Below, piece by piece: positions 55,801 through 64,000 of a DNA stretch of 64,000 bases (position 1 is the stretch's first letter; the number at the start of each line of letters is the position of its first letter). The notes below the pieces were generated by a model. It did not search any database. It saw only the letters and a list, made by a program, of their open reading frames with translations, and was not told the origin of the DNA. The position numbers and the translations under genes were made by a program. The stretch is taken from assembly GCF_001194135.2 (NCBI RefSeq), contig NC_068992.1:10387580-10451579 (forward strand), in the 5' to 3' direction. Origin of the DNA: Octopus bimaculoides (taxonomy: Eukaryota).

Positions 55801-57614
55801 TGATGAAACTAAATGGAAAGTTGTTTGAGCTACAGTTCCTGTTTCAGAATAGGAGGCTTCATCTGTCATCCAGTTTAACAGCATCACTTGTCGCCTTCGT
55901 TGTGTCTTTGATTCATTCTGGGACTTCTGTTGATTATTAATAAAAGCACATACAAATATATACATGAAGAGCTTGTTTCAGTCTCTCTCTACCAATTCCA
56001 CTCAAGTGGCTTTGCTCAACTCACAGCTCACATTTGCCCAAAGTGTCACGCAATGGGTCTGAACCCAAAACCATGTGGTTGGGAAACAGAGTTCTTAGCC
56101 TAACCCTTCCTACACTCACACACGCACAGAGTCTGATATTTGTGTGTATATTATTGGAACCTATAGCGAAATATTGGTCACAGTGGCAGTAGTATTAGTG
56201 TCAGTGGTAATAACAACTACAACAACACAAACAACAGTGCTGGGTACTATTTTAGATGTGTACTTCCTCCTCTCATTCTCATCCCAACTCTCTCTTATTC
56301 TCTCTCTCTCTCTCTCTCTCTCATATCACATATACATGTATATATAGAAGGATGAATGTGCTTATGCATGTAAGCATGAGTGTGTGTGTGTGTGTATTTG
56401 TGTAGATTTTTGCACGTATGTATGTATGTATGTATTAATGTATTTTATATGTGTGCATATGCATATATTAGAGTAATGATGCTATTTTCAGTAAACTCTA
56501 TCTTTGCCTTTCCTATATTCATACATATTCATATAGCTGCATATTTCTGCACATTTATTTGCATACACTTACTTAAATACATAATGAATAATATTAAATA
56601 ATATACATTTATGTTTGCAATTCTATGAGTGTATCCACCCAGCCCCGACACACATGCACAAACACTCAAACACACAAACACTTGCACACACGGAAACCCA
56701 CATATGCACTTTATGTCCATACATATTATGCACGTATGCAAGTATACGTGTTTCTATTATAAGAATGGTCATTTCCTCATAGCAGAAAATACACAATCAA
56801 ATACACAAAACTCTTATTCAATAAACAATGACGAAAGGATGGTGGAAACTAATTGTGGTCATGTAGTTTCAGATATCTTCTTAATCATCAGTCATTGTTA
56901 CATTTTACAATGTCTCTCTATTCCCATATTAACCCTTTTCCTTCAACATGGCATTGTTTCAGTCAGTATTATCCATGTCTTTTCCTTTGTTTCCAAGTGT
57001 TCTTATAAGGGAGAATACTATATTGAATATTTCCTTTTCAATTGTTTTTCCTGCAGTATGTAATCTAGATCCAACAACAAATCCATTATATTTTGGCGAT
57101 GACTTCTGATACAAAGAAAATAGTGTCTCCAACGTGGCGCAGTTTCTGTCTAAGTGTAACATGGAATAATTGCCTAGATCTCATGTTAGATTACTGTTAA
57201 ATGTTTCTTTTCCTTGTTGGACCTCAGTGAATATATCTGTATGCATTTATCTATTATTATATATATAAAAGACTAATGTCGCTCTATTATCCATCCCACT
57301 TTTCATAATAGAATACCATTTCCCACCATTGTGAATGAAAAGCAGCATGCTATGTTTTACAAAATATTTCAACTATAGTAATTGTGCTTTTAATGTTTTT
57401 TTACCATCTTAGTCTTGTTAGTCACTCTATTATATTTTTTCTGTTATATCTATTCATTAAATAATATTCACACCCACCCACACACGCAAACACCCTCCAC
57501 AAACACACACGCACACATACATATTTGTAAACCCCTCCAAAACTTTGTCGTAACTTGTCTTTTGTTTTCAATGTTTGTCTCCCAACTCAAACAAGTTCTG
57601 TTTTGTTTGTCATA

Positions 57615-57653
<39 letters not shown>

Positions 57654-58109
57654 NNNNNNNNNNNNNNNNNNNNNNNNNNNNNNNNNNNNNNNNNNNNNNN
57701 NNNNNNNNNNNNNNNNNNNNNNNNNNNNNNNNNNNNNNNNNNNNNNNNNNNNNNNNNNNNNNNNNNNNNNNNNNNNNNNNNNNNNNNNNNNNNNNNNNNN
57801 NNNNNNNNNNNNNNNNNNNNNNNNNNNNNNNNNNNNNNNNNNNNNNNNNNNNNNNNNNNNNNNNNNNNNNNNNNNNNNNNNNNNNNNNNNNNNNNNNNNN
57901 NNNNNNNNNNNNNNNNNNNNNNNNNNNNNNNNNNNNNNNNNNNNNNNNNNNNNNNNNNNNNNNNNNNNNNNNNNNNNNNNNNNNNNNNNNNNNNNNNNNN
58001 NNNNNNNNNNNNNNNNNNNNNNNNNNNNNNNNNNNNNNNNNNNNNNNNNNNNNNNNNNNNNNNNNNNNNNNNNNNNNNNNNNNNNNNNNNNNNNNNNNNN
58101 NNNNNNNNN

Positions 58110-58162
<53 letters not shown>

Positions 58163-59340
58163 ACATATATATAGGCACAGGAGTTACTGTGTGTTAAGTA
58201 GTTTGCTTACCAACCACATGGTTCCGGGTTCAGTACCACTGCGTGGCGTTTTGGGCAAATGTCTTCTACTGTAACCTTGAGCCAACCAAAGCCTTCTGGC
58301 TTGCCAGCCCGCAGTCAAACCACCCAACCCATGCCAGCATGGAAAGCGGACGTTAAACGATGATGATGATGATGACCATGATATATAAATATATATATAT
58401 GTACATATGTATGTATATTAACATACACTCACATCTAGTCAAACTCACACCCTTCACAAACAAACACACATCATCAGATAACACATAAACCATTATTTTC
58501 AAAAAGGATCAAATTAATGATCTTTTCTTTTTTTTTTTTTCTTTTTATTACTTTCATTCACGGAAATGTGACCATCTTGGGTCATCACTTTTAAAGGTAA
58601 TAGTCAATTAGATAAACTCCAGTACATTGTCTAATACTTATTTTATTGATTTCCTGAGCAAAACCAACTTGAATTTAATCCAAGATATTATTTACAAAAC
58701 CAAATATGCAAATTATTTTTGTTGGATGCACAGTTTTTGTCATTCATTGATATGCAAATACTTGCATACAGACAGGCTTCTGAAAATGTTCTGTCTACCA
58801 AATTTGAAGCTCTGGTGGATCCTAGACTTCGGTTGACTACAGTAGCAAACAGTTGTCCAAAGTGCTTTGTGGTGCTAACAAGCCTTAAAATTTACAGCCA
58901 TGAAGTCAGCTTCTTAAACACTTAGTCATTCCTTGATGCTTTGGATTGAACTACTGTAAGTACTTCCACACCATGCCTTCAATTACTTTACAGAAATTTC
59001 TTTTTCTTCTTTGGAGTCAGAGGAATAGGTATCATCCGATGATTTACAGATGTCATCTGCAATAAATGGTGTCCTATACAAGAGAGATAGGAATATTTAA
59101 CTGTCAACCAGGTCACTACCTCAGCATCAGCTCAGAGAAAAGCACCCAGTACACTCTGTGAAATGGTTGGCACTAGAAAGGGCATCCAGTTGTAGAAATC
59201 ATGCCAGAATTGGCAACTGGAACCTGGGTGGCTCCCTAGCTGACCAGCTCATGTCAAGCTGTCCAACCCATGCCAGCATGGAAAGCGGATGTTAAATAAT
59301 GATGATATATGTGTATGCATATATACATACATGGTCACTT

Positions 59341-59381
<41 letters not shown>

Positions 59382-59970
59382 CCACATGGATGTTTCGCCC
59401 CCATCATGCATCTCTGCACACAAATCTCAATAACATCATTATAATGTGTATTGACCCCTTCATCCACTTTGTCTCTTTTTTTTGCCTACATTTTGATTTG
59501 ATATTCGTTTTAGAAATAATTGTCCCCATCCAGCTCACAAGATTCTGTTTATGCTTCAATCCTGCTCATAAACCCAAACGAGTTTGACTTACTTGTTTTA
59601 GATTGTTGAAACAGGGAGTGTTTACACAGCTTCACAACAACAAGGTTTTATAGCAGCCATAAAGCTACAATTATATTTTATTGCTTTGGTGGGAGTGTAT
59701 ATATGATTATATTAACCACAATGCTTGATTTGTCATTTTATTTTGTGTATCAACTCATGAAGTATGAAAGGTAAATTTGGACGCACAAACTTAAAGAGCT
59801 TTAGAACTTAAAGAGATGTAATTAAATACAGCAAGAGTGTTTTGTCCGATGCATTGTAGATCCTGCCAATCCACAATTGTACCGTAACAATGATATTTCT
59901 TAGTAGAGAGTAGATACCAGAAACTTTATGTTGCGTATGTTTAACTTTTGTCATCATAATGATATCCCAG

Positions 59971-60110
59971 AAACGTTTTTAAAAGACTATACAGCAAGTA
60001 TCCCTCTGAAAAAGAAGCTGAGCATTTTATTGAACTGGAATTATTGGCAGAATGCCTTAGCAAGTTGTCTGCGAAGCTGGACTCTTGCCAAGGAATTCAT
60101 CAAGAGAAAC
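59971..60110 (+). CDS. Candidate 140-nt internal exon of an unidentified gene
   Basis: cccAG acceptor with a mediocre pyrimidine tract; strong gtaagt donor at 60111. Unique non-repetitive sequence. One frame reads NVFKRLYSKYPSEKEAEHFIELELLAECLSKLSAKLDSCQGIHQEK, and a second frame is also open. No homology recognised. Confidence 0.5.
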
Positions 60111-60504
60111 GTAAGTGTTGGTGAGTGTGTGTTAGTATGTGTGAGGGAAGGTGCACGTTTGTGTGTGTCTGTCTTTATATATATANNNNNNNNNNATATA
60201 TATGTATAGATAGATGTAGATATAGACATAGATATTTTTTTTTACTGTAAAGTGTTCAGTGAGTATTTTGTGTTGTTTCTAAGGCTACACATTTTTTGTG
60301 CTCTAACTAGTATTTATTGAAGCAAAAAGGAAAAAAAAAAAAAAATTTGGTAATGCTAATCATGGGGATAATAATGATAATGATAATAATATTATAATAA
60401 TAATGATGATATTAACAACAATAATAAAAATGTTTTCTTCAATTACCCTGAGGACTTCAACAAGAACATTATAAAAAGTAATTTATATATACATACATCG
60501 TTTA

Positions 60505-60679
60505 TCATCATCATCGTTTAACGTCCGCTTTCCATGCTAGCATGGGTTGGACGATTTGACTGAGGACTGGTGAAACCGGATGGCAACACCAGGCTCCAGT
60601 CTGATTTGGCAGAGTTTCTACAGCTGGATGCCCTTCCTAACGCCAACCACTCAGAGAGTGTAGTGGGTGCTTTTACATG

Positions 60680-60682
<3 letters not shown>
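60505..60682 (-). repeat. RTE-type 3' tail repeat, young copy in minus orientation
   Basis: Reverse complement differs from the 55638-55800 copy at about 3 positions in ~150 bp. Confidence 0.9.
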
Positions 60683-60758
<76 letters not shown>

Positions 60759-62761
60759 AGCATACATACACATATATACATATATATGAATGTATGAATA
60801 CATGTGCAAATACACACACAAATGTGTGTGTATATACATATATATGTTCATATACATATATATAAAGCACGGTCATTTTAATCCACACATTCCTACATAC
60901 ATGCATACACACACACACACATTTGATATATTTGTAAGTGTCAGTTTTCATATGAGATTTGCTAATAGTTACCGTTGTTTTGTCCACTTCCCTGATCTTA
61001 GAGGAAAAATTTCAGATAAGGGAGAATTCCTTGCCTATGTCATTCATTACCTCACTCCTTAACTTAATTATTTAAATTTTTGCTATTAGTTTATCAGATT
61101 CATTTCCCTTAGTTCATTTTATTATTTCATTATGCAAATCATACTGGCCAAAATCTTTCTCTCTTTATTTTCCTATATTTTAAAAACTTGTTGTGAATAA
61201 CGGACAGAGTCAAGACTATTGCAAAGGTTGCAAGATGCAATGAAAATTTTAGGAAAATAAAAATAATAAGTGGAAAATTTAACGGTGAGTGTGTTAAATT
61301 TTAAGGCACGAAAAGAAAATGACTCTGCCCAGACACAACAGAATACGCACACACACACACACACACACACATACATATATATNNNNNNNNNNNNNNNNNN
61401 NNNNNNNNNNNNNNNNNNNNNNNNNNNNNNNNNNNNNNNNNNNNNNNNNNNNNNNNNNNNNNNNNNNNNNNNNNNNNNNNNNNNNNNNNNNNNNNNNNNN
61501 NNNNNNNNNNNNNNNNNNNNNNNNNNNNNNNNNNNNNNNNNNNNNNNNNNNNNNNNNNNNNNNNNNNNNNNNNNNNNNNNNNNNNNNNNNNNNNNNNNNN
61601 NNNNNNNNNNNNNNNNNNNNNNNNNNNNNNNNNNNNNNNNNNNNNNNNNNNNNNNNNNNNNNNNNNNNNNNNNNNNNNNNNNNNNNNNNNNNNNNNNNNN
61701 NNNNNNNNNNNNNNNNNNNNNNNNNNNNNNNNNNNNNNNNNNNNNNNNNNNNNNNNNNNNNNNNNNNNNNNNNNNNNNNNNNNNNATATATATATATATA
61801 AAATTCCATACTTGTGTTTATACATGTGCAACTGTACTAACATGCATACATACATACACATGTGTGCACACATGCATGTGCATGTGCACACATATGCACA
61901 CACACACACAAGATTTACGTTGCTTACTTGATAAGGTTTTTCTTATTCATAGATTTTTTTTTCTGAAACAAGGAATATCAGCTGTCTCGGTTATTTTTAT
62001 GGGCTTTTGTTTTGTTTCTTCTTTTTTTTTTTTACTTTCAGTTATTACTCTAAATAAAATGTCTTTCAGAAAAATGATAAAGAAATAGATTTTTGTCATC
62101 CCCACCCTTCCTCCTGCTCCCCCTTATTGGTGTTTCAAATGACATTTTTATTTACTTTTTTATCTATCTAAATTTTTTCATCTATCAATGATATATATTT
62201 CCTGTTGAAAACAATAGATTATAGTATCATCATCATCATCATCATCATTATCATCATTATTATTCTTGTTGTTATTGTTGTTGTTGTTATTAAGGTGGCA
62301 AGTTAATAGAGTCGTTAGCACATCAAATAATGTGCTTAGTGGCATTTTTTTTTTTTTTTGCTCTTTGCATTCTAAGTTCTAGTTATGCTGAGGTCATCAT
62401 TACTTTTCATCTTTTGGGGGCTTAATGAAATAAATACTCTTTGGAGTGAGACGACTTACAAAGGTCATGTGAATTCCTGCTGCTGCTGCTGCACTTCTCA
62501 TAAATGCGTGCACATTTATAATTGTTCAAATGATAACTTGTTCTACCTGCTCATTGAATTAGCATGTGTCTGGCTGAGTATTCCACAGCGATGTGTGCCC
62601 TTAATGTAATTCTCATGCAGAATCTGTGGTTGTGTAAGAAAACTGAAACTTTGAATTACAGGTACAATCCGTTCAGTAAGCTTCAGTACAGTTTCCGTCT
62701 ACCCAGTTTCACTCATAAAACTATAGTGAAAAAGAAAAGACATTATTAACATTATTTACAA

Positions 62762-63018
62762 TTGACAGATATTTGTCCTCATCTTGTTTGTTATTAACAC
62801 AACGTTTCGGCTGCTATACCCTCCAGCCTTCATCAAGTGTCCTGGGGAAATTTCAAACCTGGGTTCTCCTTCCAAAAGTATTATTCAATGTTATCATTAT
62901 TATTATTTTTGTTATTATTATTCAAGTCACTACCTGTAATCGAACTCAGAATCTTGGGGTTAGTAGCCCATGCTCTTAACCACTACGCCATATGCCTGTG
63001 GGCGTAGTGGTTAAGAGC
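62762..63018 (-). mobile_element. Short element with tRNA-like head and hammerhead tail; second head in inverted orientation, truncated
   Basis: Minus strand A-box TGGCGTAGTGG (62990-62980) and B-box-like GTTCGATTA, AT-rich spacer, then the hammerhead. Perfect 18-bp inverted repeat at 62972-62989 / 63001-63018. Confidence 0.65.
62797..62840 (-). ncRNA. Minimal type I hammerhead ribozyme motif (C3U)
   Basis: Minus strand: ACAC-TTGATGA-A-GGCTG gagggtatag CAGCC-GAAA-CG-TT-GTGT. Stem I ACAC/GTGT, 5-bp stem II, palindromic ACGT stem III. Confidence 0.65.
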
Positions 63019-63444
63019 GACTTCCTGGAGAGAGTACCAGTCCAGCATGACCAGCTGACAAAGCACTTCCCACTTTGCATTAGAGTCTTTGCTAATACTG
63101 TTGAACCTATTTGTGGACAGTTGACTGAGCCATATGTGTGTTGACTGTCTGACCATGGAGATTGTCAGAAAAAGGCAACAGTTACAAGACACAAACCTCT
63201 AACTTGTCAACTATTTTAATGATACACTATCCACTTGGCAATCTGCAGCATTCTGTATCACAGGGGTAGGGTATGCATATAGAGGGTAGGGGTTGCTTGT
63301 CTGAATTGATAGAGTATTGTTTTAATATCCTCTTTGCCATTGGCTATTCTACATTATTGATATTTATTCTTCACTGGGGACTTTTCCATTACTGTTTTCC
63401 CAGTAATGCAACTGACTTGCTTAAGTACAAATGTTTGTTTTATA

Positions 63445-63516
<72 letters not shown>

Positions 63517-64000
63517 TTTTCATTTATATGTGTATTTGTATGTTTTGTTTATGCACACGTATTTCATCATCATCGTTATCATCAATATAATCATCATCAT
63601 TTTAATGCAATCTTTCCATGCTTGCTTGGGTCTGACAGAGATTGTTGAAGTAGATTTTCTACAGCTGGATGCCCTTCCCGTCACTAATCCTTACCTGTTT
63701 TCCCCATAGTAAAGCATGTTTTGACATAAGCATGGAAGTGCACCACTGCTTGCAACAGTGATGCTTGTTTTCAGTTACTCTGCAACGTCAAGGCAAGGAG
63801 ACACACACACACATGCATACATACATAAATATAAATTTTCAAATTTGCTGTATTGATGTACATTTGCATGCTGAATCTGATTTTGAGATTCATTTATTCC
63901 AGAAAAATTTTAGGAAAAGGTTGCATAGATTGAAAGTTGATAATTTTTACCCAATCAGAAAACAGGATTTGGAAGCTAGCCCTTTTTTGCATGATAGCTG

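Noticed and set aside
58750-58960. gtaagt donor at ~58956 with upstream AGs
   Set aside because: All frames from the plausible acceptors contain stops before the donor.

Overview
Eukaryotic, AT-rich, microsatellite-saturated draft-assembly DNA with about 20 N-gaps (roughly 5.7 kb, ~9%). The repeat families resemble those I recall from Octopus/cephalopod assemblies; this is recalled, not searched. Almost all ORFs in the track are artefacts of simple repeats or N runs. The only confidently recognisable host coding sequence is one internal + strand exon of diphthine methyl ester synthase DPH5 (3578-3684); its downstream exon is not visible in the readable sequence. A few unassigned exon candidates exist (12011-12022, 12460-12525, 38438-38468, 59971-60110 on +; 11469-11537 on -). 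The rest is a transposon graveyard: RTE and R4/Dong LINE fragments, Penelope-like GIY-YIG remnants, a Helitron helicase fragment, MITE-like elements and several tRNA-derived SINE families. The most interesting signal is a set of minimal type I hammerhead-ribozyme motifs. Two sit in a ~265-bp near-perfect palindrome (39.7-39.9 kb), one lies downstream of a tRNA-like Pol III head (62.8-63.0 kb), and one pair is in tandem (42.5-42.7 kb). Hammerheads in Penelope-like elements are established; I cannot verify whether these arrangements are already described. Repeat boundaries are read by eye and approximate.
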